Source: Candidatus Iainarchaeum sp. (GTDB lineage Archaea; Iainarchaeota; Iainarchaeia; Iainarchaeales; JAXPJC01). From it: 64,000 nt of DNA. A program made the position numbers and the translations under genes. The stretch is from positions 214,668 through 278,667 of the forward strand of contig JACPJC010000005.1 of assembly GCA_016187745.1 (NCBI GenBank). Reading direction: 5' to 3'. The notes below the pieces were generated by a model, which was not told the origin of the DNA, searched no databases, and was given only the letters and a program-made list of their open reading frames with translations. Positions 18,734 to 28,728 of this stretch are shown here, piece by piece. Position 1 is the first letter of the stretch. Every line of letters starts with the position of its first letter.

Positions 18734-20335
18734 GTGAAAAAGAACATGCAATTTAATATGTCAAATAGTCAAATTTATGTGGCTGGTTCTCCAGCAGTAG
18801 GAAAAAACCTATTTTGCCCATTATTATCAGAAAAGACAAACTCAAAATACATAAGATTTAATACCTTAATAAATAATAAGAATAAATTTCGTGTATCGGA
18901 TTATATTGTTGAATACAAGAAAAATAACGTTTTTGCCTATTATAATTATAAAACACTCCAAGTGGTTTACGGAAAAAAGAAGCTTAAACGAATAATGGAT
19001 GAATATAAAAAACCTAAAAATTTGAAAACCTATCTTGCAAAGTCCTCAACAAAAAACACTACACTAAAAACAATTCTTAATACACTCATCCGTGAAGAAT
19101 ACTTAGTTAGTGGAACTGAAGGCCCGATTTTAAATAATGCGAAACTTGAAGAACGCAATCGAATCAACCCAAATTTATTACGAATTTTACTGACGTTTGA
19201 TTGCAATCTAGAATGCAAATACTGTCAAATCAGAACCAATCTTTTTAGTGAGTATAACAAACCAGTTACTAAAGAAGAAATCGACAAAGCCTTTGCATTG
19301 TTCAAGAAAAACAATAATGAATACAATATAATTTCTTTGTCTGGTGGAGAACCAATGCTCACTTTTGATTTAGTAAAGTATGTCGTAGAAAAATCCAAAA
19401 AAGAATTCAAACCTGGAAAATACCATATAGTATTGTCCTCTAATGGAACACTGATTACAGACTGCATCGCAGAGTATGTTGCCAAAAAAAACTTGTTGCC
19501 AATTATTTCCCTGGATGGTCAAGAAAAAGACAACAAAATGCGCATTTACCACAACGGCTTAGAATCCTACAAAAACATTCTTGCCGGAATTGAAACCCTA
19601 AAAAGACACAACTGCAAAAACATTGCCATTTCAATGACAATCGGAGCTCACAACATAAAAAACATCAAAAAAACAATGCAAAACATTATCAACAAAATCA
19701 ATCCAGTAAGCGTTGGCTACAATTTCGTTCACTATCCCTACTTTAATAATCAACATTACTCTCTTCCTGATATTAATGATTACTCAAAAGCAGTCATTCA
19801 CATTTTTACCGAACTTCGAAAGCACAAAATTTATGATGAGCAATTTTTCCGAAGACTCCAACCTTTTGTAGAACGAAAAATCCGAATAAAAGAATGCTCG
19901 GCACTCGGCGGCGCACTTAACCTCGTTCCTGGTGGCTTCATTGGTCCATGCAAAACACTCTTGGCAAGCAAACACTTCTCCCAACCAATTGATAAAACAG
20001 AAAACTTAGGGGGTTCCAAGATTTTTACTGCATTTTCGAACCGAAGCACATTAACATTGGATGAGTGTAAGAATTGTGTAGCCAGAACCATTTGTGGTGG
20101 AGGATGTACATTTGATTCCTTTGTAACGTATCACGATATTTTCCATGTAGACAAACGGAACTGCGAATATATCAGAAAAGTATTAGAATTTATGATTTGG
20201 GATCTATACAGACTAACTTCAAAGAAAAAAACTGATGTTTTGATTCCGACCAACAAGGATCGCAAAAAAATGTATGGGGGCATTAAACTTTTGAGTACCA
20301 CCCTTACAGAATCCGTTGGCCATAAAATATATTGA
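18734..20335 (+). CDS. Radical SAM protein with SPASM domain
   Basis: CNLECKYC, SGGEPML, ISLDG, C...GPC...CKNC...ICGGGC...C. Confidence 0.92.
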   Translation: MKKNMQFNMSNSQIYVAGSPAVGKNLFCPLLSEKTNSKYIRFNTLINNKNKFRVSDYIVEYKKNNVFAYYNYKTLQVVYGKKKLKRIMDEYKKPKNLKTYLAKSSTKNTTLKTILNTLIREEYLVSGTEGPILNNAKLEERNRINPNLLRILLTFDCNLECKYCQIRTNLFSEYNKPVTKEEIDKAFALFKKNNNEYNIISLSGGEPMLTFDLVKYVVEKSKKEFKPGKYHIVLSSNGTLITDCIAEYVAKKNLLPIISLDGQEKDNKMRIYHNGLESYKNILAGIETLKRHNCKNIAISMTIGAHNIKNIKKTMQNIINKINPVSVGYNFVHYPYFNNQHYSLPDINDYSKAVIHIFTELRKHKIYDEQFFRRLQPFVERKIRIKECSALGGALNLVPGGFIGPCKTLLASKHFSQPIDKTENLGGSKIFTAFSNRSTLTLDECKNCVARTICGGGCTFDSFVTYHDIFHVDKRNCEYIRKVLEFMIWDLYRLTSKKKTDVLIPTNKDRKKMYGGIKLLSTTLTESVGHKIY

Positions 20336-20463
20336 AATATACTTCCCACATACCTTCTCCAACATATTGAGCGTCTTTCGTTCATGAATTATGATCTATT
20401 CAATAACACAACGAAAAACCTTTGTATTTATATTAATTTTCAAATAGAATAATATTGATAAAA

Positions 20464-21759
20464 ATGATTAATCCAAAACTTATTCGAAAAGAATTTGAGT
20501 TTGTCAAGAAAAACTTGGAAAGACGCAGAGACCAAAAAACAATACAAATTCTGACAGACTGGTATGCTCAAGACAAAGAATTACTCCCACTTCAACAAGA
20601 AATAGATTTTTTGAGATCAAAAATAAATAAAATCAATCAACAAATAATAGTAGAAAAACTAAGCGAAAAAGATATTAAACCACTTGTAGCCGAAGCAAAA
20701 ATAACAGCCCAGGTTATTAAAGAAAAAGAAGTACGTCTTAGTGCCTTAAAAATAACTCATCGTGATTTACTGATGCGAATTCCAAACCTACTAGATGAAT
20801 CGGTTCCAGTGGGAAATGATGGTAGCGAAAATCAAGTCATAAAAAGAGTGGGGAGTATAATTGAACCGGATTTTGAACCGAAACATCACGGGCAATTAGC
20901 TACAGAACTTGGTGTAACCGATTTTGAAAGGGCCGTTAACCTATCGGGTGCAGGTTTTTACATTTTGAAAGGAGACTTAGCACTCTTAAATTTAGCAATA
21001 GTAAACTACGCAGTGAACAAATTAGCAAAAAAAGGGTTTACCTTTGTCATCACACCAGGCATGATAAAACGAAAACCCTATGAAGGAGTAATTAATCTTG
21101 CAGACTTCCAAGATATGTTATATAAGGTAGAGAAAGAAGACTATTACCTCATTGCAACTGCCGAACATCCTTTAATCGCAATGCACATAGGCGAAACATT
21201 TGACTCTAAAGATTTACCTATAAAATACATGGGATACACAACGAACTACAGAAAAGAAATTGGTGCCCACGGATTAGATGAAAGAGGGCTTTTTCGATTA
21301 CACCAATTTGATAAAGTAGAACAAACAATTATTTGTGAACCGGAAGAAAGCAAAAAATGGCATGAAGAATTATTAAAAAACGCTGAAGAAATAGTCAACG
21401 ATTTTGAAATACCTTACCAGGTCATTTCAATTTGTGATGGAGACATTGGACTAGTCGCAGCTAAGAAGTATGATATTGAGGCATGGTCACCGCGTGAAAA
21501 AAAATACTTTGAAACTCATTCCTTATCAAATTGCACAACTTATCAATCGTTGCGATTAAATATTAAGTACAAAAACAGCAAAATAAAGGATTATGTTCAC
21601 ACCCTAAATGCAACTGCAGTTGCTGTACCTCGCATGCTAAGAGCAATCATCGAAAATTATCAAACAAAGGATGGAACAATAAAAATTCCAAAAGTGTTGC
21701 AACCAAATATGGGTGGAAAAAAAGAAATAATGAAGAGCCGTCCAGAAAGAATAAACTAG
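20464..21759 (+). CDS. serS: Serine--tRNA ligase (possibly an accessory paralog)
   Basis: N-terminal coiled coil, IPNL, LIATAE, YRKE...GLFRLHQFDKVE, KKYDIEAW, SNCT, HTLN; AT-rich island codon usage. Confidence 0.92.
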   Translation: MINPKLIRKEFEFVKKNLERRRDQKTIQILTDWYAQDKELLPLQQEIDFLRSKINKINQQIIVEKLSEKDIKPLVAEAKITAQVIKEKEVRLSALKITHRDLLMRIPNLLDESVPVGNDGSENQVIKRVGSIIEPDFEPKHHGQLATELGVTDFERAVNLSGAGFYILKGDLALLNLAIVNYAVNKLAKKGFTFVITPGMIKRKPYEGVINLADFQDMLYKVEKEDYYLIATAEHPLIAMHIGETFDSKDLPIKYMGYTTNYRKEIGAHGLDERGLFRLHQFDKVEQTIICEPEESKKWHEELLKNAEEIVNDFEIPYQVISICDGDIGLVAAKKYDIEAWSPREKKYFETHSLSNCTTYQSLRLNIKYKNSKIKDYVHTLNATAVAVPRMLRAIIENYQTKDGTIKIPKVLQPNMGGKKEIMKSRPERIN

Positions 21760-22925
21760 TCGAACAACTTCTCCAAAAACTCTTCTGTAATTACATTATT
21801 TCCCCCGTTTGATTTCTTATACTTTTTAAAAGCTTGGAAAATGTCATTGTCAGATTTCTTGATTCCAAATGACTTAAGTGTTTTAATGAAACAGCCTAAA
21901 CTACTATTAATGGTAAGAGGAAAATCAGTCCGTTTCCCCCATTGTTCGAAATTGACTACTTGAAAAGAAAATGGATCTTTTTTCATCCAGTCTTGGTGAA
22001 TACCTGACGCGTGTTTTGACACCCACTCCCCAACAACCGGTGTGTGCAACGAAAGGGGGTTATATTTAATTATTTTTTTTAAAGCTTCAACAGCCAGCAA
22101 GGCATTTTCAGATTGAAAGTTTATTTTTTTATGAAAATAATCCCTTCGGCTTAAAAGGCTGGCAATAACTGCTTCTTTTTGCGCGTTTCCCGCCCTCTCA
22201 CCAATACCCGCAACAGTAACTTCTGCTTGTTTTGCACCAGCTTGAATTCCTAAAATAGTGTTTGCAACAGCTAATCCTAAATCATTGTGGGTATGAACAC
22301 TTAATATTGTCCTGTCTCTCACTTTTTCTTTAACTCGTTTAACTAAAGAATAGTATTCTAACGGTAATGCAAAGCCAGGGCTGTCTGCCAAAGTAATAAT
22401 TTTAGCCCCTGCTGATTCAGCAGCAAGTACAGTAAGCAAAAGGTATTTCCAATTTAATCGAACTGCATCAACCGCACAATATTGAATTTGTAAGCCGGGA
22501 TAAAGTTCTTTAGCATACTTAATACTCTCTACAATTTGCTTTTTTGCCGACTTTATGTTCAGCCCTAATGTTTTATCTTTTTTTGTCGTGCTCCCTGCAA
22601 TGAACAGATAAATTCTACCCCTTCCAGAAGAAATTGCCGGTTCAAGTGCCGCAACTGTTTTTTCAACATCCTCCAATTTACACCTTGAAATAGCAGAAAT
22701 TACAACAGGCCACTTCTCAAGTGCGCAAGATTCGCTTATTTTTTTAACTGCTTTAAAATCTTGGCCGTGTGCGGCAGGAAATCCACATTCAATGACGTCC
22801 GCTTGTCTGTTCTTTCCAAGAAAACGCGCAAATTTTAGCTTTTGTTTCCAGTTTAAATTACCCTCTGCTGTTTGAACTCCATCACGCAAAGTTGTATCAT
22901 ACACAAATATCTTGTTCACACGCAT
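21756..22925 (-). CDS. LeuA/homocitrate-synthase-like DRE-TIM acyltransferase lacking the regulatory domain
   Basis: DTTLRDG, HTHNDLGLA, GIGERAGNA, HASGIHQD; 389 aa. Confidence 0.88.
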   Translation of the reverse strand: MRVNKIFVYDTTLRDGVQTAEGNLNWKQKLKFARFLGKNRQADVIECGFPAAHGQDFKAVKKISESCALEKWPVVISAISRCKLEDVEKTVAALEPAISSGRGRIYLFIAGSTTKKDKTLGLNIKSAKKQIVESIKYAKELYPGLQIQYCAVDAVRLNWKYLLLTVLAAESAGAKIITLADSPGFALPLEYYSLVKRVKEKVRDRTILSVHTHNDLGLAVANTILGIQAGAKQAEVTVAGIGERAGNAQKEAVIASLLSRRDYFHKKINFQSENALLAVEALKKIIKYNPLSLHTPVVGEWVSKHASGIHQDWMKKDPFSFQVVNFEQWGKRTDFPLTINSSLGCFIKTLKSFGIKKSDNDIFQAFKKYKKSNGGNNVITEEFLEKLFD

Positions 22926-23173
22926 TTAGTTACCTTTTTTATTCTCTTCTCTAGAAAGTTAATTATATCCCCGACTTTTTCAACTTCAATAATCTGTTTC
23001 AATGACATCTTAACTCCAAATTCCTTTTCAATAGCATCAATGAGTTTTATGTGATTTAACGAATCCCACGATTGAAAATCATTTGGAGTCATTTTTGGAG
23101 AAATATTGATTGTTTTGTCTCCAAAAAAATCCCTAAAAACTTTGTTCAATCGTATTGAGATATCACTTTTCAT
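22916..23173 (-). CDS. Acyl carrier protein
   Basis: WDSLNH phosphopantetheine site, IEKEFGV; coupled to FkbH. Confidence 0.9.
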   Translation of the reverse strand: MKSDISIRLNKVFRDFFGDKTINISPKMTPNDFQSWDSLNHIKLIDAIEKEFGVKMSLKQIIEVEKVGDIINFLEKRIKKVTKCV

Positions 23174-24899
23174 TTGACTCACACACATGTACTTTCAACG
23201 GTTTAAAGTTTGAAACATTCAGCACCCAAACAGAATTGTTTTTTGTTGAACTCTTTCTTGAAAAACCTAATTTACCATACAAATCACGAACTATCTCATT
23301 TTTTTGAGTCTTGTTATACTTTCCAATAACAAACTTCTTCTTCAATCTAATGGCCTGTTTAATGACCCAATTAATTACAAACTTTTCGATGTCTCTAGAA
23401 AAAACTCTGCAACTCATTACCCAATTGAGAATAACCAATGCATCATTTTTCTGTTGTAGCACCATTGCGCTAATAGATCCTGAATCTCCAAATTTATCAT
23501 TTAAATCAAAGACCGTAAACATTTTCAAATTATTGTCTTTTAATTCTGTTTCTGAAAACCTTTCCCCCGTGAGATTAAATTGATTGCATCGCTGAAACAG
23601 TTGTACGGCTCTTGGAGCATAAAAATCTTCATTATAATGAATATTACAAACCATGGTAAGGCTATCTAAAAACTCCCCTAAATCTTTAAACTTTGATTTG
23701 TGTTCATTTCTCAAAGTATTTACTTTATAATATTCCGTTCTTCGAACGTCTTCTTCAGTAAACGAAGCCGACTCAAACAGATTTAGCTCTTGTAAAAATG
23801 TGATATACTCAACAGGGTCTTCCGGCAAGTCAGGAACACAGATCCCCCAACAGCAGCTTTCTACCAATTCTCGTTCAACAGGATCATCGTCAAAAAAAAC
23901 CATTGAATCTATTTCGATGTTCAACTCTTTAGCTATTTTTTTTATGTTGGTTGCTTTATCTTGCCAATTTATTGCAAAAAATGAAATATCATTTTCTCTC
24001 AAAATCATATCTGGGTGTTCTCGGAAAACTTTTATTGCATTCTCAAATGAATTCTTGCTACAAACAGCCAGTATTATCCCTCTCTGCTTCAAATTTTTCA
24101 AGTATTGTTGAATTCGTGTGAAAGCTTCTCCGAAAGCAGTTCCCCCTATTGCAATCTTTTCAATACCGTCCTCTGCCACTATACCGCCCCACACAAAATT
24201 ATCCAAATCAAATACAACACATTTTTTTGTTTTTCCTTTTACTGCCAAAATTATATCACAAATGTTTTTGGCAATATGGGCAGTAAAATCCAGGGAAGGA
24301 TAACTTTTTGAGTAATGCCATATGCGATAGTCCGTCCAATTTTTTCTCCCAAAATAAGAGGATAAAAAGTCTACGTCGTTTATGAAAACATTTTTGTAGG
24401 TTCTAGCGACGGATGAGATTTCTAAGTTTAATCGGATTATTGCTTCTTTAAAGGAAAAAAGTTTGTTTTCGTAATTGCCAAACTCTCTCCAAGTATCTAC
24501 TTCGAAATTGCTCTGAATAATACTGCATGTAATTCTTTCATTAATTGAGTTCCAAAGTGAAATGATTTTTTTAGTTTCTTGTTTTACAAAAGTGTTAAAC
24601 TCCCTTTTGTTAGCAAAAATAAAATTTTTTCTATTAAGCAACAAGAGATTATTGTTAATCACAACTATCTGGGGTTTGAAAGTAATCAGCTTTGAATCAC
24701 GGTTCAAAAATTCCTGTATCGTTGAGTTAAAATTACCAAAATAGAATTTTGGCGAAAAACCATTGATCAATAAGAATGACTTTAGTGCGGGTTCAAATAG
24801 TTTAGAAGCACTATTGCCAAAAATAGCAATACGTATTATTGGCAACCCTTTCGAATCCATTTCTTCTGCAATTTTGCATATTTCATTGTATGACTGCAT
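23163..24899 (-). CDS. FkbH-like HAD-IIIC glyceryl transferase/phosphatase
   Basis: KCVVFDLDN, LAVCSKN, FFDDDPVE, RCNQFNLT, DKFGDSG, MSCRV; ORF extends to 24983. Confidence 0.92.
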   Translation of the reverse strand: MQSYNEICKIAEEMDSKGLPIIRIAIFGNSASKLFEPALKSFLLINGFSPKFYFGNFNSTIQEFLNRDSKLITFKPQIVVINNNLLLLNRKNFIFANKREFNTFVKQETKKIISLWNSINERITCSIIQSNFEVDTWREFGNYENKLFSFKEAIIRLNLEISSVARTYKNVFINDVDFLSSYFGRKNWTDYRIWHYSKSYPSLDFTAHIAKNICDIILAVKGKTKKCVVFDLDNFVWGGIVAEDGIEKIAIGGTAFGEAFTRIQQYLKNLKQRGIILAVCSKNSFENAIKVFREHPDMILRENDISFFAINWQDKATNIKKIAKELNIEIDSMVFFDDDPVERELVESCCWGICVPDLPEDPVEYITFLQELNLFESASFTEEDVRRTEYYKVNTLRNEHKSKFKDLGEFLDSLTMVCNIHYNEDFYAPRAVQLFQRCNQFNLTGERFSETELKDNNLKMFTVFDLNDKFGDSGSISAMVLQQKNDALVILNWVMSCRVFSRDIEKFVINWVIKQAIRLKKKFVIGKYNKTQKNEIVRDLYGKLGFSRKSSTKNNSVWVLNVSNFKPLKVHVCESNEK

Positions 24900-25180
24900 T
24901 CTATCACACGACCGAAAGTACTGCCTTACCACTATGGCTGGCTGGTGAACGGTTGCTTTTATCTCTTTCTTGAAATATTTCATTGTTGTCGCGCGCAGCC
25001 GCCAAAGGTGGCCCTCTAGTGGCGGGATAGGAGACTAAGCTATGGATAAAATAAATGGCATAAGCTATAAAAAAGGGAATGATACAAGAAGCAACTGGAT
25101 AATGTTCATTAAAACATTCGTTACTTGTGCCCTTAACGATACGGCCTTCGCTAATTGGCTCCGATTATTCTAAGCTCTTT

Positions 25181-25558
25181 TTAGGTTTCTTTATAATCTC
25201 GCTTCTTTGGGAGCATTATTGTCATAGCAATGGCAAAATCTGCTGAATGGGAAATGCTAGATAAAAAAGAAACACGGGGGAGTTTTTTTACTGAAATTAA
25301 AATTGCCCTGTCTTTTTTGGGTTCAATTCGGATGTCTTTTAATCCTAGTTTTACGGTATTCGCGCAAGCTTTTATTGTAGCTTCTTTGGCACAAAAGATT
25401 CCTGCAAAAGAAGCGGCTGTGTTTTTTCTTTTTTTAAGGCAGTACTTAATTTCATTTTCTAAAAATATTTTTTTAAAGAACATTTTATTTTCTTTGTAAC
25501 TTTTGTTGAATCGGCTTATCTTTTCAATGTCAATTCCCACCCCTTGCATTTTTTTCAC
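25181..25558 (-). CDS. acpS: Holo-ACP synthase (4'-phosphopantetheinyl transferase)
   Basis: GVGIDIE, FCAKEATIKA, SISHS. Confidence 0.9.
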   Translation of the reverse strand: MKKMQGVGIDIEKISRFNKSYKENKMFFKKIFLENEIKYCLKKRKNTAASFAGIFCAKEATIKACANTVKLGLKDIRIEPKKDRAILISVKKLPRVSFLSSISHSADFAIAMTIMLPKKRDYKET

Positions 25559-26497
25559 CTAGATTATATCTTCTATCTTCCAATAAGCATATGTGTGCTG
25601 GTATTCTCGGGGGAAGTCTGCTTCTATTTCAGACAAAAATTCTGTTAATGGAATGTTAGAGTTGACTAGAATATTCTGAGAAAATTGGTCTTTGGTCTCA
25701 AAGAGAAGTTTTGTGAAAAGGATTTTACGTTTTTTGTATATTTCTACAGCCTTTTTTCTTCTATAATGCAATAGGTAGTGTAGTCGTAACCAGTCTTTTT
25801 CATTCTTAACATAATCGTTTAGATAAGTAGTTGCATAGCTTGGAAGGTCTCCCTTGAGGAGTTCAAAAGGAGTTAAAGGGTTGACACTTTTTTTAGAAAA
25901 CGAGGGCTGTTTAAGTTTAATCAGTTTTGATATTACAAAGTGTCTCCATTTGAGGTTTGGGGGGGCACGATTTCGTTCTAGAAACCACACAATTTCCTGG
26001 TGATCTGCGCACATCATTCTGGAGAATTTACAATCAAATTGCGCTATCCATTGCAAAAATTTCTTTTCTTCTTGAATATATTCGTTTTTCAATACCAGAA
26101 ATTTTTTTGAAGCTGTTTTTTTAATGTTCTTAAATCGCTTAGAAGGGTCATAAATTGGCGTAAGCTTTTGAATCCACCAAAAAATGTATGGGTTTACTAT
26201 TGGGGTTTGAATATTTTCCAGAATATCAAAATAAGAGGATTTGTCATCTTGGAAATGTAAACGAATTCCCCCTTTAACCAGAACTCTTGGGGAGAGCATC
26301 CTTGAAATTCTCTCTGCGTCTTCTGAGACTGCTGTTGTATCTGAGCCAGAAATTATCAGGTCCAAATCAGAATATTGGTCAATTTGAATGTTCTTCGTTG
26401 AAGCCCCTAACAAAATCATATATTTGCCAGGATAATTTTTAGTCAATAGTTTGGCAAATTTTTTTGAAATTTTAATGCTATTTTTTGCAAAATCCAA
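25559..26497 (-). CDS. Pol-beta-type nucleotidyltransferase-like protein
   Basis: ILLGAS...YSDLDLII resembles the hG[GS]x9-13DhD signature. Confidence 0.55.
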   Translation of the reverse strand: MDFAKNSIKISKKFAKLLTKNYPGKYMILLGASTKNIQIDQYSDLDLIISGSDTTAVSEDAERISRMLSPRVLVKGGIRLHFQDDKSSYFDILENIQTPIVNPYIFWWIQKLTPIYDPSKRFKNIKKTASKKFLVLKNEYIQEEKKFLQWIAQFDCKFSRMMCADHQEIVWFLERNRAPPNLKWRHFVISKLIKLKQPSFSKKSVNPLTPFELLKGDLPSYATTYLNDYVKNEKDWLRLHYLLHYRRKKAVEIYKKRKILFTKLLFETKDQFSQNILVNSNIPLTEFLSEIEADFPREYQHTYAYWKIEDII

Positions 26498-27020
26498 AAA
26501 GCAACACCACCTTTCTTAAGAACATTTGTTCATTTTTGGGGATAAGATTAATTAGAAAAACGTTCTGTTGTTTCAAAAGCTGCTTTTCAAATTTAAGGTA
26601 GTTTTTGATTCTTTTTCTAAGGATTTGCTTGTCATCATCGGCGCGTATGCCTAATTTCCCATGGCAACGGGGGCATTTCTTGTGAATCCTTTTATTATAT
26701 GTTTCGAGACATCTTGGGCAAAACCTACGATTTAAGGCATTCTTAAAAATTGTTTCTTTATCGTAGTACGTAATTACAAATATGATTCCGTCGCTGCAAA
26801 GCTTGGCTTGACTTGCGGTGCGAGGAAATCCATCTACAATACAAAATGCCGGGAGTTGTGAAAAGGCTTTTTTTACTTCATAGTTTGATGCTAAAGCCGC
26901 TCTTTCTTTTTTCTTCAATTGCAAGCTAAAGTTAATTAATGGCAGTCCGGTTATTTTAGATAACAAAAAGGAGAAAAATGTTTTACCGATTGCTGGAGGT
27001 CCAGTGATATATATTCTCAT
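26478..27020 (-). CDS. Adenylate/NMP kinase family protein with zinc lid
   Basis: GPPAIGKT, IVDGFPRT, CPRC...CPRC, RADD; ORF extends to 27101. Confidence 0.85.
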   Translation of the reverse strand: MRIYITGPPAIGKTFFSFLLSKITGLPLINFSLQLKKKERAALASNYEVKKAFSQLPAFCIVDGFPRTASQAKLCSDGIIFVITYYDKETIFKNALNRRFCPRCLETYNKRIHKKCPRCHGKLGIRADDDKQILRKRIKNYLKFEKQLLKQQNVFLINLIPKNEQMFLRKVVLLFGFCKK

Positions 27021-27471
27021 AATTTTTACTCTTTTTGTATAAAATAAATCAACATAACTTCTTTTAAAATACTGTTTTTTGGGTAATAATTTTTTGAACA
27101 TGTTGCAATCTTGCAGTTCTCAAAGAAACTCAAATTAACCGGGATAATGCCCTGCTGCATTGGGCTTCATTGAAGTCTCTTTTTTCTCACCCAATCCTGA
27201 GATTGTCCGCTATCATGCATAGCAGTATCTCTTTGCGTTGTTGGGTTGCTTTGTGTAGGTAGAGAAACCCTCCATAGCGGCGTTTAAGTCTGCCGATTGC
27301 AGACTCGCTTATACTGCGCCTTAGGCTTTTCGTTATGCATATTGCTAAGTTTTTTGCCTGACATATTTATCCTCTAATTTTATGAGCATACTCATATGCA
27401 ACATTCTCTTTCCCTGTCATCCCCCCAGCTAATTTCTATCTGAATTTATCCCTTCTTGGTAAATCTTTTAC

Positions 27472-27572
27472 TAAAGAACCTTGGCGCTGAACGCTCCGCT
27501 TTTCAAAGCGGAGATGAAAGCTATTGTACTTATCATAATTAAACGCCTTGGCATTTATGCCAAGGTTCTTTA
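27472..27572. mobile_element. ~100-bp inverted-repeat element (MITE-like or structured RNA), copy A
   Basis: Perfect 14-bp terminal IR TAAAGAACCTTGGC/GCCAAGGTTCTTTA; second copy at 40265. Confidence 0.6.
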
Positions 27573-27640
27573 CATTCCTGCAATTCATCGCAGAACTTGC
27601 AGTTGAACTGGTAGCTTGCATACTGCCCAAAACAGGCCAT
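27539..27640 (-). pseudogene. Remnant or paralog of the Cys-rich mini-protein (MACFGQYASYQFNCKFCDELQEC...), running into the IR element
   Basis: Clear similarity to 40803..40952. Confidence 0.5.
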
Positions 27641-27901
27641 TCCCTGCTTTTCCTTATGCGTGCCATGCCAAATTCATATTTGTGCCTCCTGCAGGCAAGG
27701 CGGTTAAGGCACATAATCTATCAGAACTTGCAAAATTTTTTGTAAATAAATTCGGGAAATCCTGACTTAGGCAATAAATGGCATCAGCCAGAGCCATGTT
27801 ATGTATAATCATTTGCTTCCCGCCCCATCAAAAGGTTTTTATATAATGGAATTATTATTAATTAAGCGGAATCTGGAATGATTTTCGGAAAGTGAAAAGC
27901 A

Positions 27902-28684
27902 ATGCCAAAGGACGGGATTGAAAGGGTTGAGACGGGGATAAAGGGCTTGGACAAGGCGCTTAATGGCGGCGTTCCCCGCGGCAATTTAGTTCTTATTTCA
28001 GGCGGAGCAGGCACTGGAAAGAGCACGCTCTCCCTGCAATTCGTTTACAACGGCGCAAAGCTCTATGGCGAAAAAGGCGTTTATTTTACCACAGAGCAGA
28101 GGGAAGATGAGCTTAGAAAACAAGCCACAAGATTCGGCTGGGATCTGGCAGCATTGGAAAAGAAAGGGCTGCTAAAGCTGATTTTCCTTGATATTGTGCA
28201 CAAGGTGAATTTCTATGAAACAATTGAAACAACCATCAGAACCTTCAAGCCTGAGAGAGTAGTAGTGGATTCAATGGTAACGCTTGCAGACAGCATGAGC
28301 ATAACAGACTTCAAGGACCTTACTGCAATCTCATTTGCACAGCTCTTGGAAAACGTGGGACCGCAGGCGCAGGTGCAGCAAGCGGAGAAGCTCATAACGC
28401 GCAATATTCTTTACAATCTCTACAGCGCGCTGAAGCAGGCGAATGTAACAGCGCTTCTGGTTTCAGAGCTGCCTGAAAAGAGCGATTTCCTGAGCGCTGA
28501 TGAGATAAGTGAATTTATAAGTGATGGAGTTATTTTGTTGCATTATTTAGGCATTGGCAGCGCAGAGTTCAGATCATTACAAATTAGGAAAATGCGCTAC
28601 ACAACACATGAGAAAGATTACATTTTGTATGACATCGCTAATACAGGAATTGAAATTAAAAAAGAAGCAGAAATAAAAGTTTGA
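27902..28684 (+). CDS. KaiC-like (RAD55) ATPase, single domain
   Basis: VETGIKGLD, GGAGTGKST, RVVVDS, DGVILL, IRKMR. Confidence 0.92.
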   Translation: MPKDGIERVETGIKGLDKALNGGVPRGNLVLISGGAGTGKSTLSLQFVYNGAKLYGEKGVYFTTEQREDELRKQATRFGWDLAALEKKGLLKLIFLDIVHKVNFYETIETTIRTFKPERVVVDSMVTLADSMSITDFKDLTAISFAQLLENVGPQAQVQQAEKLITRNILYNLYSALKQANVTALLVSELPEKSDFLSADEISEFISDGVILLHYLGIGSAEFRSLQIRKMRYTTHEKDYILYDIANTGIEIKKEAEIKV

Positions 28685-28728
28685 ATGAACGAATTAAAAT
28701 TTCTCTCAATAAAAGATGGAGAAGAACA

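Noticed and set aside
21756-22925. Housekeeping leuA
   Set aside because: No regulatory domain or leuBCD nearby; coupled to ACP/FkbH in an AT-rich island, so the gene symbol was withheld
27102-27470. Short minus-strand ORFs upstream of the kinase as precursor peptides
   Set aside because: Only 20-26 codons, with no convincing RBS or motif
27436-27714. 92-aa ORF, and the similar N-terminal part of 40810..41196
   Set aside because: The similarity is better explained by the four-Cys mini-protein in another frame
27902-28684. Circadian clock kaiC
   Set aside because: Single-domain archaeal KaiC-like ATPase; no kaiA or kaiB
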